Shown piece by piece: positions 11,233-20,806 of a stretch of 64,000 nt of DNA. Origin of the DNA: Candidatus Poribacteria bacterium (GTDB taxonomy: Bacteria > Poribacteria > WGA-4E > PCPOR2b). Position numbers and translations under genes: made by a program. Under the pieces are notes generated by a model. That model worked only from the letters and a program-made list of their open reading frames with translations, did no database searches and had not been told where the DNA came from. Position 1 is the first letter of the stretch. Each line of letters starts with the position of its first letter. The stretch is taken from NCBI GenBank assembly GCA_965208325.1, contig OZ242326.1:2944001-3008000 (forward strand), in the 5' to 3' direction.

Positions 11233-11334
11233 GTAGGTTGGGTTAAGCGGATTATTCCAATTACATTCTATGTTAAATTAACGCCGCGAATTTAAAACCG
11301 CGTGCTTGCCAAAATACATGCAGCGTAACCCAAC
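11233..11334 (+). repeat. GTAG-type REP-like element with long spacer (GTAGGTTGGGTTAAGCG...GCGTAACCCAAC)
   Basis: GTAG foot followed by inverted repeat GTTGGGTTA/TAACCCAAC. Confidence 0.55.
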
Positions 11335-11543
11335 GATCCACCGAACGAATAGTGAGGGCGATAGTTTTGTTTTCGTAGCTCCAGGATTGCGCGATAAACA
11401 CACCCCAATAATAAAAAAATATCGGGTTACCTGCCATTGCCCACCATCCCTCTGCCCTTCCATCCTTCCAGGCATCTATATTACCAGCTTTTAAGATAGA
11501 AATCTTGATCGCTATTCTCTTCCTTGATCTCGATGGAACGAAG

Positions 11544-11572
11544 TTGACACCGCCACCTCCTTCTGCTAGTAT
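11544..11572 (+). promoter_or_regulatory. Sigma70-type promoter for the helicase fusion
   Basis: TTGACA-N17-TAGTAT with TG extension. Confidence 0.55.
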
Positions 11573-11648
11573 TTGACGTACTTAACGCATTAAAATCACC
11601 GTGCGCCGAAAAAAACTTTGTGCCGTGCCGCTAACGACTGACAACCCC

Positions 11649-14600
11649 ATGGGTGCAGAGCTAGAAACGACCACCGAACTCTCCGAGAATTTCCTCTCAC
11701 TGGACCTTGAAGTCGGTGTCAAAGACCGCCGAATCCACGCCTTCGCAGCAATACGCTCAAATACGGAGCAACCGCTGACGCGCCGTCCGTCGAGCGGCGG
11801 ATTGGACGCCGCATTGGCGGAATTGGACAACTTTGCCGACGGCGTAGACTTTGTACTCGGTCACAATCTTATCCATTTCGATTTGCCCCACCTGCGAGCC
11901 GCAAACCCCAACTTGCGGTTACTGCGCCTGCCCGCTGTAGATACCCTCAGACTCAATCCCCTAGCCTTCCCCCGCAACCCCTATCATCACTTGGTTAAGC
12001 ATTACCAAGATGGACAACTCGTACGCGGACGCATCAACAACCCGGAACTAGACGCCAGACTTGCTATTGGGGTCTTCAGCGACCAGCAGATTGCGTTAAG
12101 TAATACATCGTCCGACCTGTTGACCGCTTGGCACGGGCTGACGACCGCCGTAGGTGGCGAGGGATTCGATCGGTTTTTCGCAACACTGCGGCACTCGCCA
12201 AGACCGACCGCCGCGAAAACCTCTAACGCCATCTACACACTTCTGAATAGCAAAGCGTGCCAAACGCATACCAGCGAGGCGATAGCAAATGCAGATAACC
12301 ACCCCTGGGAGTTGGCTTATGCCTTGGCGTGGATCTCGGTGTGCGGTGGCAATTCGGTCATGCCCCCTTGGGTGCGGCATCAATTTCCCGGGGCCGGACG
12401 TTTGGTGCACCAACTGCGAGACACCCCTTGCGCCGACATCAACTGCAACTGGTGCCGAGAGCGGCACAACGCCCGAAATGAGCTTAACCGATGGTTTCGC
12501 TTTGCCGATTTCCGGGAAAAGCCAGTCGATCATGACGGCAATTCCATTCAGCAGCCCATCGTTGAAGCCGCCATGGCGCACAAACATGTGCTGGGAATCT
12601 TACCGACCGGCTCCGGCAAATCGCTCTGCTACCAACTGCCCGCAATCTCGCGCTACGACAAGACGGGCGCCTTGACGGTGGTAATCTCTCCGCTGGTCGC
12701 ACTTATGGCCGATCAAGTAGCGAGCCTCGAACGTAAAGGAATCGGTTGCTGCCTCACTATCAACGGGCTGTTGTCGATGCCCGAAAGGGCGGATGCCCTG
12801 GATCGGGTGCGCTTGGGAGATGCAGGCATCGTCCTGGTTGCGCCGGAGCAACTTCGCAGCATCCCCTTCCGCCGAGCGTTAAAACAGCGCGAAATTGGCG
12901 CCTGGGTGCTTGACGAAGCCCACTGCCTCTCGAAGTGGGGCCACGACTTTCGGCCCGATTACCGGTACGTGGGTCGGTTCATCCGGGAAACCGCGGGGGA
13001 GCAGCCCGTTCCGCCTGTGTTGTGCCTGACTGCCACCGCCAAGCCCGATGTGAAGGCGGACATCATTGAATATTTTCTTGACAGACTCGACATCGAGCTG
13101 AATGTCTTTGATGGCGGCGCCCAAAGAGACAATCTGGAGTTCTTAGTCGTACGCACGAGCGGCGGTGAGAAGTTCGATCATGTCCATCAGATAATTGCAG
13201 AATATCTGCCGGCGCATGTACCGGGCGGCGCCATCGTGTATTGCGCCACGCGGCGACAGACTGAAGAGATTGCACAATTCCTGCAGGCGAATGAGACGGC
13301 AGCCGAATACTTCCATGCGGGCCTGCCGCCAGAGACCAAGAAAGACGTCCAACAGAATTTCATCAGCGGCGAGTTACGTGTCATCGCAGCTACCAACGCC
13401 TTCGGCATGGGCATTGACAAACCGGACGTGCGGCTGGTAATCCATGCCGACATTCCCGGTTCCCTAGAAAATTTTCTGCAGGAGGCGGGTCGCGCCGGGC
13501 GCGATCAGCAGACTGCACACTGCGTACTGTTATACACGCCGGAAGATGTGGAGCGCCAGTTTGGCATGTCGGCTTACTCTCGGCTCACACGGCGGGAAAT
13601 CCACGGCGTCCTAAGGGCGCTGCGTAATCTCGACCGGAGGAATCGGTTGAACGGCGAGGTGGTAGCCACCGCCGGTGAAATCCTCCTTGAGGACGAAGAC
13701 AAAGTCTTCCAACGGGATTCGGCGACCGACGACACCCGGGTACGCACCGCGGTGGCATGGCTGGAAGAAGCTGACCTGCTGCAGCGGGATGCAAATTACG
13801 TAAGGGTGTTTCCGTCGTCGCTGCGCGTGAATTCAACGAAAGATGCTCGTAACAAGCTGGAAACCGCTCGAATCAGAGATGACTATCGTCGCCAACTGTT
13901 AATCATTGTCGATAGGCTGATTGACGCGGGCCGGGACCAAGGTATCTCCACGGACGAACTGATGGCGGCTTCCGGTCTGACGCCGGAGGGCGTACGAGCC
14001 GCGCTCTACGACTTAGAGCAGTTGGGCATCGCAAACAACGACACGGTTTTGACGGCTTTCGTTCACGCAGGAGTCGAACATTCATCACAAAATCGCTACG
14101 ACAAGGCAGCGGCGCTTGAGTGTGCCCTAATCGATTTTTTGCGTGAGGACGCCCCCGATATGGATAAAGGAGAGAGCGCCATGCTGCATCTACGCGTCGC
14201 CGCCCAACGGCTAAAAGATGCCGGACATACCTATGCCCTGCCGGAACGCCTGTGGCGAAACCTCCGAAGCATCGCCGCTGACGGTCGCGGTGAAGGAAGC
14301 GGCGGCGGAAGTCTCGCCGTTCGAAAGCTTAATCCAGAGATTGTGCGAGTGACCATGCTGCGTGGGTGGAAAGCGTTGACTGAGACCGCTCGGTTGCGCC
14401 GCCAAGCCGCGGTGCGCCTGCTCGAACATCTTCTTTCCAGCCTGCCGTCCGGCAGCCGAGGCACAGACCTGCTCGCCGAGACGACCTTGGGGCAACTGCT
14501 GGGGGCGATTAAGTCAGACCTTATTCTGGCGAACCGCGTGAAGCACCACGGAAAACTCATGGACCGCGCCCTGCTGTGGCTTCACGAGCAGGAGGTAATC

Positions 14601-16763
14601 CAACTAAATAAAGGGCTAGCGGTGCTACGACCGGCGATGACCATCCGCCTTCAGCCGGAACGCCGCGGTTTTGCTCGATCGGATTTTCAACCCCTCAACC
14701 TTCACTACCTTGAAAAAACGCTGCAAATCCACGTAATAGCGGAATTTGCAGAGCGAGGACTTGAGGCAATTGTTGATAGTCTGCGTATGGCGATGGACTA
14801 TTTTGTGCTTACACGAAATGACTTTCTGCGCCGCTGGCTGCCGGACCGAGATATTTCGCGCCAGACTACACCGGAATCTTGGCGAACCATCGTCGAAAGC
14901 CTGAGAAATCCCATTCAACGCCGCATCGTGGCGGACGACCGGGAGCAGACGAACGTCCTGGTGCTCGCCGGTCCCGGCTCCGGCAAGACGCGGGTGCTCG
15001 TGCATCGTATCGCCTATCTGATACGCGTGAGACGCGAGAACCCCCGCGGCATCTTGGCGCTCGCTTACAACCGGCACGCCGCCGTCGAAATCCGTCGGCG
15101 CTTAGCAGAACTCATCGGTGTCGACGCCCGCGGGGTGTTGGTGTTCACCTGCCATGCACTCGCTATGCGGCTGGTCGGCGCCAGTTTCGAGGGACGCGCA
15201 AATCGCATGGATGACGAGGAATTCCGAGAAATACTCCGCGGTGCCGCGGCACTGCTGCACGGCGAAGGGCTGCCGCCGGACGAAGCCGACGAATACCGCG
15301 CGCGCCTGCTGGCAGGGTTCCGCTGGATTTTGGTAGATGAGTACCAGGACATCGGCGAAGATCAGTACGAACTAATTTCCGCACTGGCGGGCAGAACCCT
15401 TTCCGACGAAGATGACAAATTAAGCCTTTTCGCAGTGGGCGATGACGATCAGAACATCTACGCCTTCAACGGCTCCTCAGTCGAGTTTATTCGCCGCTTT
15501 GAGGAGGACTACCGCGCCCAACCCACCTTCCTGACCGGCAACTACCGTTCCACAGCCCGCATTATCGCAGCTTCCAATGCGTTAATCGAGCCGGCGCAGC
15601 AACGCATGAAGACCGAGCACCCAATCAAGGTCAACAGAGCGAGGAGGGATGAACCGCACGGCGGCGCATGGTCTACGCTTGACTCGGTCGCCGGCGGGAA
15701 AGTGCAGATATTGCTTGTGGGCGATAATCCTATCACCCAAGCGCAGGCCGTTGTCGTCGAACTGAAGCGATTGTCCGATTTAGATCCTGACTGGGATTGG
15801 TCGAAATGCGCCGTCATCGCGCGCAAATGGCGTTACCTAGACCCGGTGCGCAGCCTCTGCGAACTCGAGAAGATTCCGGTTCAGATGGCGAACGAAGACA
15901 ACTTGAAAGTTTGGCATCTACGGGAGACCCGCAGGCTAGTGGACTGGCTGCGCTCGCGGAAGTTTCGCTCGGTATCAGGGGAAGACCTGAACAACTGGAT
16001 GGACAACCAGCCCGCAAATCCTTGGTCCGAGCTGCTCCGCGACGGCATAACAGAGTACACGCTGGAAACCAGCGGAGCGGAAACACCGGCAAATCACTTC
16101 GTCGAGTGGCTGGCTGAATGGGCTCGCGAGGTACGCCGCCGCCAGCGGGGGCTGCTGCTGTTGACCGCCCACCGCGCCAAAGGCTTGGAATTCGACCATG
16201 TGGTCGTATTAGACGGAGGCTGGGATCGCGTTGATAGCAGCGAGGATGTGGATGCCCCGCGGCGGCTGTATTACGTCGCAATGACCCGCGCACGCCACAC
16301 CCTTGCGCTGGCGCGCTTTCCGGGTGAACACCGGCTGCAAGACGCCTTGCGGGGTAATCCTTCGGTGCTGCGCCGACGCGGAGACGGCAATCTCCCGCCC
16401 CCGCCGCCGGAACTTGAACGCCGCTACAGCCGGCTCAGCTTGAGCGACATCTTTCTGAGTTTCGCGGGGTATAAGCGCCCCGATGATCCCGTGTATCGGA
16501 ATATCGCCTCGCTCTCTCCCGGCGATCCGTTGCATGTGCGCGTCGGGTCGAAGCGATGGGAACTTCTCGATCGCAACGGGAATGTCGTCGGGCAGCTTGC
16601 CTCCGGATTCAACGGGTCTGGCAACGTGCGCTGCACACGCGCCAAAGTCTGGGCAATCGTCGCCTGGAACCGCGAGTATTCGGAACCCCAGTACCAACGC
16701 GGCATTCAACGCGATAGCTGGGAGGTCGTGGTGCCGGAGTTGATTTTCGAGCCGGATTCATAA
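11649..16763 (+). CDS. Fusion: N-terminal DEDD/DnaQ-like exonuclease fold + RecQ-family SF2 helicase + UvrD-family SF1 helicase
   Basis: SLDLEV/GHNLIHFD/VDTL; PTGSGKSLCYQLP, DEAHCLSKWGHDFRPDY, QEAGRAGRD; AGPGSGKT, LVDEYQD, GDDDQNIY, NYRS, TAHRAKGLEFD, YVAMTRAR. Confidence 0.9.
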   Translation: MGAELETTTELSENFLSLDLEVGVKDRRIHAFAAIRSNTEQPLTRRPSSGGLDAALAELDNFADGVDFVLGHNLIHFDLPHLRAANPNLRLLRLPAVDTLRLNPLAFPRNPYHHLVKHYQDGQLVRGRINNPELDARLAIGVFSDQQIALSNTSSDLLTAWHGLTTAVGGEGFDRFFATLRHSPRPTAAKTSNAIYTLLNSKACQTHTSEAIANADNHPWELAYALAWISVCGGNSVMPPWVRHQFPGAGRLVHQLRDTPCADINCNWCRERHNARNELNRWFRFADFREKPVDHDGNSIQQPIVEAAMAHKHVLGILPTGSGKSLCYQLPAISRYDKTGALTVVISPLVALMADQVASLERKGIGCCLTINGLLSMPERADALDRVRLGDAGIVLVAPEQLRSIPFRRALKQREIGAWVLDEAHCLSKWGHDFRPDYRYVGRFIRETAGEQPVPPVLCLTATAKPDVKADIIEYFLDRLDIELNVFDGGAQRDNLEFLVVRTSGGEKFDHVHQIIAEYLPAHVPGGAIVYCATRRQTEEIAQFLQANETAAEYFHAGLPPETKKDVQQNFISGELRVIAATNAFGMGIDKPDVRLVIHADIPGSLENFLQEAGRAGRDQQTAHCVLLYTPEDVERQFGMSAYSRLTRREIHGVLRALRNLDRRNRLNGEVVATAGEILLEDEDKVFQRDSATDDTRVRTAVAWLEEADLLQRDANYVRVFPSSLRVNSTKDARNKLETARIRDDYRRQLLIIVDRLIDAGRDQGISTDELMAASGLTPEGVRAALYDLEQLGIANNDTVLTAFVHAGVEHSSQNRYDKAAALECALIDFLREDAPDMDKGESAMLHLRVAAQRLKDAGHTYALPERLWRNLRSIAADGRGEGSGGGSLAVRKLNPEIVRVTMLRGWKALTETARLRRQAAVRLLEHLLSSLPSGSRGTDLLAETTLGQLLGAIKSDLILANRVKHHGKLMDRALLWLHEQEVIQLNKGLAVLRPAMTIRLQPERRGFARSDFQPLNLHYLEKTLQIHVIAEFAERGLEAIVDSLRMAMDYFVLTRNDFLRRWLPDRDISRQTTPESWRTIVESLRNPIQRRIVADDREQTNVLVLAGPGSGKTRVLVHRIAYLIRVRRENPRGILALAYNRHAAVEIRRRLAELIGVDARGVLVFTCHALAMRLVGASFEGRANRMDDEEFREILRGAAALLHGEGLPPDEADEYRARLLAGFRWILVDEYQDIGEDQYELISALAGRTLSDEDDKLSLFAVGDDDQNIYAFNGSSVEFIRRFEEDYRAQPTFLTGNYRSTARIIAASNALIEPAQQRMKTEHPIKVNRARRDEPHGGAWSTLDSVAGGKVQILLVGDNPITQAQAVVVELKRLSDLDPDWDWSKCAVIARKWRYLDPVRSLCELEKIPVQMANEDNLKVWHLRETRRLVDWLRSRKFRSVSGEDLNNWMDNQPANPWSELLRDGITEYTLETSGAETPANHFVEWLAEWAREVRRRQRGLLLLTAHRAKGLEFDHVVVLDGGWDRVDSSEDVDAPRRLYYVAMTRARHTLALARFPGEHRLQDALRGNPSVLRRRGDGNLPPPPPELERRYSRLSLSDIFLSFAGYKRPDDPVYRNIASLSPGDPLHVRVGSKRWELLDRNGNVVGQLASGFNGSGNVRCTRAKVWAIVAWNREYSEPQYQRGIQRDSWEVVVPELIFEPDS

Positions 16764-16849
16764 ACTTACCAATTCCCCCGCATACCGGTATACTTTCCAT
16801 TTCACGATACGAATCAAGGCCCGGGGGAAATGATTAATATTTACGCAAA

Positions 16850-17590
16850 ATGAATTCTTACAAATTCACAGATTATACATACTTGGAAATTAAGGGCTTC
16901 ATTGAGGAAGGGTACTTGGCAATCTTACCGACAGGATGCACAGAACAGCAGGGCCCGCACCTGCCGGTGGGTTTCGACACATGGTTCGCTGAGACCGTTG
17001 CTTTAGCGGCTGTGCAGCACAATCGCGGCCGTGCCCTAGTGTTGCCGGCAATGCCATTTGGCCCAACGCCGGAACATCAGGGCTTCGGTTCAGGCTATGT
17101 CAACATCCCGCACCCGGTCCACGAAGAGTTCATCTATTTCGTCCTTGAATCGCTCGCACAACAAGGCTTCAGTACCATCGTTGTCTGGCGAGGCTGCGGA
17201 GAGCATCGGTTACAGAGAACAGTAAACAACTTCAACGCGAAATTTCAGGATCGATGCACCGCATGTGTTCCAGCCCTTCCGTACCGTGACATTTGGCTGC
17301 GTGTAGCTGATCCAACTGTTCCGTGCGGTCACGCCGACAGCTTTGCGACTTCGATCGCTCTATACAAATGCCCGGAGATTGTTCGCGTCGACAAAATCCC
17401 TCCACCCAACGCCGGTCAAGTGGACTGGAACGATCCGCATCTCGATTTTTCGAAATACTCAGAAACCGGTGTCATCGGCGACGCTACCAAAGCGAGCGCC
17501 GAATTAGGCAGTAGGCTTTGGAACGAGGTCGTAACGACATCAGCAACAATAATCAGAAATGCTGCCGTAAATTGTGCACCGAATGGATAA
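16850..17590 (+). CDS. Creatininase/creatinine amidohydrolase family protein
   Basis: LPTGCTEQQGPHLPVGFDT, GHAD, GVIGDATKASAELG. Confidence 0.85.
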   Translation: MNSYKFTDYTYLEIKGFIEEGYLAILPTGCTEQQGPHLPVGFDTWFAETVALAAVQHNRGRALVLPAMPFGPTPEHQGFGSGYVNIPHPVHEEFIYFVLESLAQQGFSTIVVWRGCGEHRLQRTVNNFNAKFQDRCTACVPALPYRDIWLRVADPTVPCGHADSFATSIALYKCPEIVRVDKIPPPNAGQVDWNDPHLDFSKYSETGVIGDATKASAELGSRLWNEVVTTSATIIRNAAVNCAPNG

Positions 17591-17716
17591 CGAGAGGGAT
17601 TGAACCGGCCAATCCAAAATCTTTAATCATCTGGACACTCCACTCACACTTCGGAGCATAACAGGATTGTTGCCGCGGTCGAGGCGGTAGAACCGCAAGG
17701 GGCGTGTAATGAAGTA

Positions 17717-17745
17717 TTGAAAGAAATCGAGAGGATGTATAAGAT
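17717..17745 (+). promoter_or_regulatory. Putative sigma70 promoter
   Basis: TTGAAA-N17-TAAGAT. Confidence 0.4.
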
Positions 17746-17816
17746 GTTTGTGCGTCGGGGAATCCGAACTTTCACTCGAATCCCCCTGAAGCCACCCGAG
17801 ATCGACCCTCGGATTC

Positions 17817-17855
17817 AAAAAGGGGACTGTGTGCTTCACTTGCACAGTCCCTTTT
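17817..17855. terminator. Intrinsic (bidirectional-type) terminator
   Basis: AAAAAGGGGACTGTG-loop-CACAGTCCCTTTT. Confidence 0.75.
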
Positions 17856-17881
17856 CCATTCTAACGACATCGCTCGTTTTT

Positions 17882-17910
17882 TTGCGGCGGCTTGATTCTT
17901 GTGCTATAGT
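17882..17910 (+). promoter_or_regulatory. Putative promoter of toxin-like operon
   Basis: TTGCGG-N17-TATAGT with TG extension, 33 nt before ATG 17944. Confidence 0.45.
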
Positions 17911-17943
17911 TAAACGCCAGTAAGAATATCATCGCCCATTCCC

Positions 17944-18816
17944 ATGCCAAAAATCCCGGTTCTGATTCTCTTTTTGATTTCCGTGTCGTTATGCTCAGCG
18001 GAATTAAGCGAGCCGCTATCGGTTGAAAGGTTGCTTGCCATAACCGAAAAAGAACTGGAAACGGAACTGCCAAAGTTTGATATTGCCTACATCAACATGG
18101 TCTGTGCACAGGGGTTGCCCGGTGCGGAAGCATTTGATGTTCCAAAGGCTTTAGCAAAACTCGATGAATGGGCGAAACATATTCAACATGAAACCCAACG
18201 CCACGAATATCTGTTTCATCGAGATAAGGACTATTACAACGGCTCACTTGCATACTACCAGATTGAGATGATGGTGTCGGTCTTATCACAGGATATGGGG
18301 GTCAGGTATAATCCCGAACTGATTGAGTCCGGCGCATTGTACGACCTTGAATCAACACGGTTCTATGCCGATTCAAGAGATGTGTTCCTTCATGGGTTGC
18401 TATCCCCGCGTCCGTGGGGAACTTGCGCCTCAATGCCTGTCTTGGTCGTTGCTATCGGTAGACGCTTGGGCTATCCGTTAAAACTAGTGCGCGCCAAAGC
18501 CCATCTTTTTGTGCGGTGGGAGTCGGAAACAGAGCGTTTCAACATTGAGGCGACAGGGCGAGGATGGAATCCTTATCCGGATTCGCATTATCGCCGGTGG
18601 CCGCATCCATTCACCAAAGCGGAAGAATACGCCAACCGCTTTTTGAAATCGCTATCGCCGGCAGAAGCACTGGCGGATTTTCTGGGTCAACGCGCCTACT
18701 GTCTCAAGGAACATAAAAGAGATGCCGAAGCCAAAAAAGCGCATGTCAAAACTATCTGGATCTATCAATTGTTCAACGAACGGAGCGGGCGAATAAAACG
18801 CCCGAACATGCTATGA
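17944..18816 (+). CDS. Secreted SirB1/transglutaminase-like protein (Cys-His-acid triad)
   Basis: Signal peptide; GTCASMPVL..AIGRRLGYPL, AHLFVRW, FNIE. Confidence 0.75.
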   Translation: MPKIPVLILFLISVSLCSAELSEPLSVERLLAITEKELETELPKFDIAYINMVCAQGLPGAEAFDVPKALAKLDEWAKHIQHETQRHEYLFHRDKDYYNGSLAYYQIEMMVSVLSQDMGVRYNPELIESGALYDLESTRFYADSRDVFLHGLLSPRPWGTCASMPVLVVAIGRRLGYPLKLVRAKAHLFVRWESETERFNIEATGRGWNPYPDSHYRRWPHPFTKAEEYANRFLKSLSPAEALADFLGQRAYCLKEHKRDAEAKKAHVKTIWIYQLFNERSGRIKRPNML

Positions 18817-19643
18817 CTATGAACACAGTTAAACGATTTACCCTACTGATACTACCGCTGACCTTTATCGCTTCACCCGTTTTAGAAGCCTATTATGACC
18901 CGCACATCGGACGCTTTACACAGCGAGACCCCGCGGGAGAAGGGGTCAACTGGTATGCCTATGGCGCGAACAATCCGATGAAGTTTGTTGACCCAACGGG
19001 GATGTATATCGTCCTGCCGGGCGGCACCGAAATAAGAAGCGTCCCTGACATAGTTGGTGGTAACTATGTAAGGCCGGAGGGTCTGTCAGACGAAGCCAGT
19101 ATACTTTGGGATTCAATATTCACAGGCGGAAACAACGGAACCGGAATCGCTGGAAGTAACAGCGCGGGCGGTATTGTGACCGATATTATCGAAAGCCCCA
19201 CGCCAGTGACAATAAATTTTTCAGAAAAAGTACAAGGAAATGCGGAAGCCGTTGCCATATTGAATCCTAATAACGGTTCTATTACAGTAAACATCAATAA
19301 GGAAAGGGTCAAACCGCCGAACCCAGAAATTTTGGGACAGATGGCTAGGCTGACAATGGCTCTGGTTCATGAATTTTCTCATGTCCATGACTATATGAAC
19401 ATACCACTAGACTTCATATATGGCCAGCCATACCATTTTAGTTATGTTACGGAAATGAAGGCTTTTGGTCTTGAAGCCCGGTACGCAATAGAAACGGATA
19501 GAAAAGACGGAAATTATAAGTTCGGCTGGCATAGCATGTATTCTGGCTTTAGTGCACATGAACTCACGCACTATGGTTCCACGGACTATTACGGGAAACT
19601 TAATAGACTGGCACTTAAGGCAATGGGGTTGAATTATCGATAA
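18813..19643 (+). CDS. Mini-RHS protein: signal peptide + RHS-associated core + HExxH (zincin-like) putative toxin domain
   Basis: VLEA|YYDPHIGRFTQRDP...NWYAYGANNPMKFVDPTG; LVHEFSHVHD and downstream E; ATGA overlap with upstream gene. Confidence 0.8.
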   Translation: MTMNTVKRFTLLILPLTFIASPVLEAYYDPHIGRFTQRDPAGEGVNWYAYGANNPMKFVDPTGMYIVLPGGTEIRSVPDIVGGNYVRPEGLSDEASILWDSIFTGGNNGTGIAGSNSAGGIVTDIIESPTPVTINFSEKVQGNAEAVAILNPNNGSITVNINKERVKPPNPEILGQMARLTMALVHEFSHVHDYMNIPLDFIYGQPYHFSYVTEMKAFGLEARYAIETDRKDGNYKFGWHSMYSGFSAHELTHYGSTDYYGKLNRLALKAMGLNYR

Positions 19644-19660
19644 TCGGCAGGAGAAAAACA

Positions 19661-20782
19661 ATGCGGCTTGTCCTTATCTGTCTATATTTGGTTAGCATGG
19701 CAAATATTGTATCTTACGCTCATGATCAGAACATCGCGTCGTTAATTCAGCAACTTGAACATACAGATGCGGATGTCCGAGACAGCGCGGGTAAATCCCT
19801 CATCGAAATTGGCGAAACAGCAGTGCCGGCATTGATTGTGGGATTAAACCACGAAAAAGTCATTGTGCGCCGGGCGGTTGTGGATATACTGTACAATATT
19901 AGAGCGAGTGTCCCTCACAATAAAGACATAGACCGTGCTTTGGCTAAAGCCCTACAAGATATAGAGGTGCGTTATCAAATAATACAATGCTTCACTCCGA
20001 CCGATTCGGAATTACCGCCGGAGTTTATTTCAGGCTTAGTGCAGTTACTCTATTATGGATCGCCCTACTTTGGACACGCCGATCCCTGCATGGTTTTGCT
20101 CAAGTGGACGGGCAATCAAGGACGAGTTGCTTTAATCGAGGCGTTGCACAGTAGCGAATGGCCGCTTCGTTTTGGTGCTGCCATCACCTATGGGCATCTG
20201 TTTGGCTTCTTCACTGGCTTTAATAACCCTGATGCTGCGCCTCTTCCTAATGAAGCAATCTCTCCTAAAGAGGTAATCTCTATAATAGCTGGAGGATTAA
20301 CCCATCCGGATTGGAAGACACGAGATGAAGCGATGAGGGTCTTGAGTATCATTAGCAAGTCCGACCCTGCTCGCTTTGGCGAAACGGCAAAAGCGTTTGA
20401 TGAAGCCAGACAGGCACTTAAAGCATTGCCGGCCTTCGCTATCATATCCCAAACTATCACAGATGGGTGTTACCTTGATGACACAAATTTCGATGCTTTC
20501 GATTCATTGAATACCGAGGGCATTACGTTCAAATTCAACCGCTCAATTCACGGGAGCGGGACGCTTACAATCAAAACCGTTGATGGTGAACCGCTAGGTT
20601 GGAACGTCGAAAAGGGCAGCCATTCAGTGACCATAACCCCGCCAGAAGGGAAAGAACTGGTAAAAGGTCAACGCTATACGATTCAACTCAGGGATGTTAA
20701 GGACATTCTGGGTAATCAAGTCGATGCCGAAATCGAGTTCTCAACTGAAGTGCTGATTCGTAGTTCCAGGCACGCCCATTAA
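19661..20782 (+). CDS. Secreted HEAT-repeat + Ig-like (Big_5-like) protein, putative immunity, copy 1
   Basis: Signal peptide; DVRDSAGKSLIEIGETAVPALI; C-terminal ITFKFNRSI..VTITPP..RYTIQL..KDILGN. Confidence 0.75.
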   Translation: MRLVLICLYLVSMANIVSYAHDQNIASLIQQLEHTDADVRDSAGKSLIEIGETAVPALIVGLNHEKVIVRRAVVDILYNIRASVPHNKDIDRALAKALQDIEVRYQIIQCFTPTDSELPPEFISGLVQLLYYGSPYFGHADPCMVLLKWTGNQGRVALIEALHSSEWPLRFGAAITYGHLFGFFTGFNNPDAAPLPNEAISPKEVISIIAGGLTHPDWKTRDEAMRVLSIISKSDPARFGETAKAFDEARQALKALPAFAIISQTITDGCYLDDTNFDAFDSLNTEGITFKFNRSIHGSGTLTIKTVDGEPLGWNVEKGSHSVTITPPEGKELVKGQRYTIQLRDVKDILGNQVDAEIEFSTEVLIRSSRHAH

Positions 20783-20806
20783 AGCCCCTAACTCGAAGGA
20801 AAAGCA

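Noticed and set aside
17583..17610. tRNA 3'-end-like string on the minus strand (GGTTCAATCCCTCTCGTTATCCA) as a possible att site
   Set aside because: T-stem does not pair, there is no cloverleaf, and it overlaps the creatininase stop
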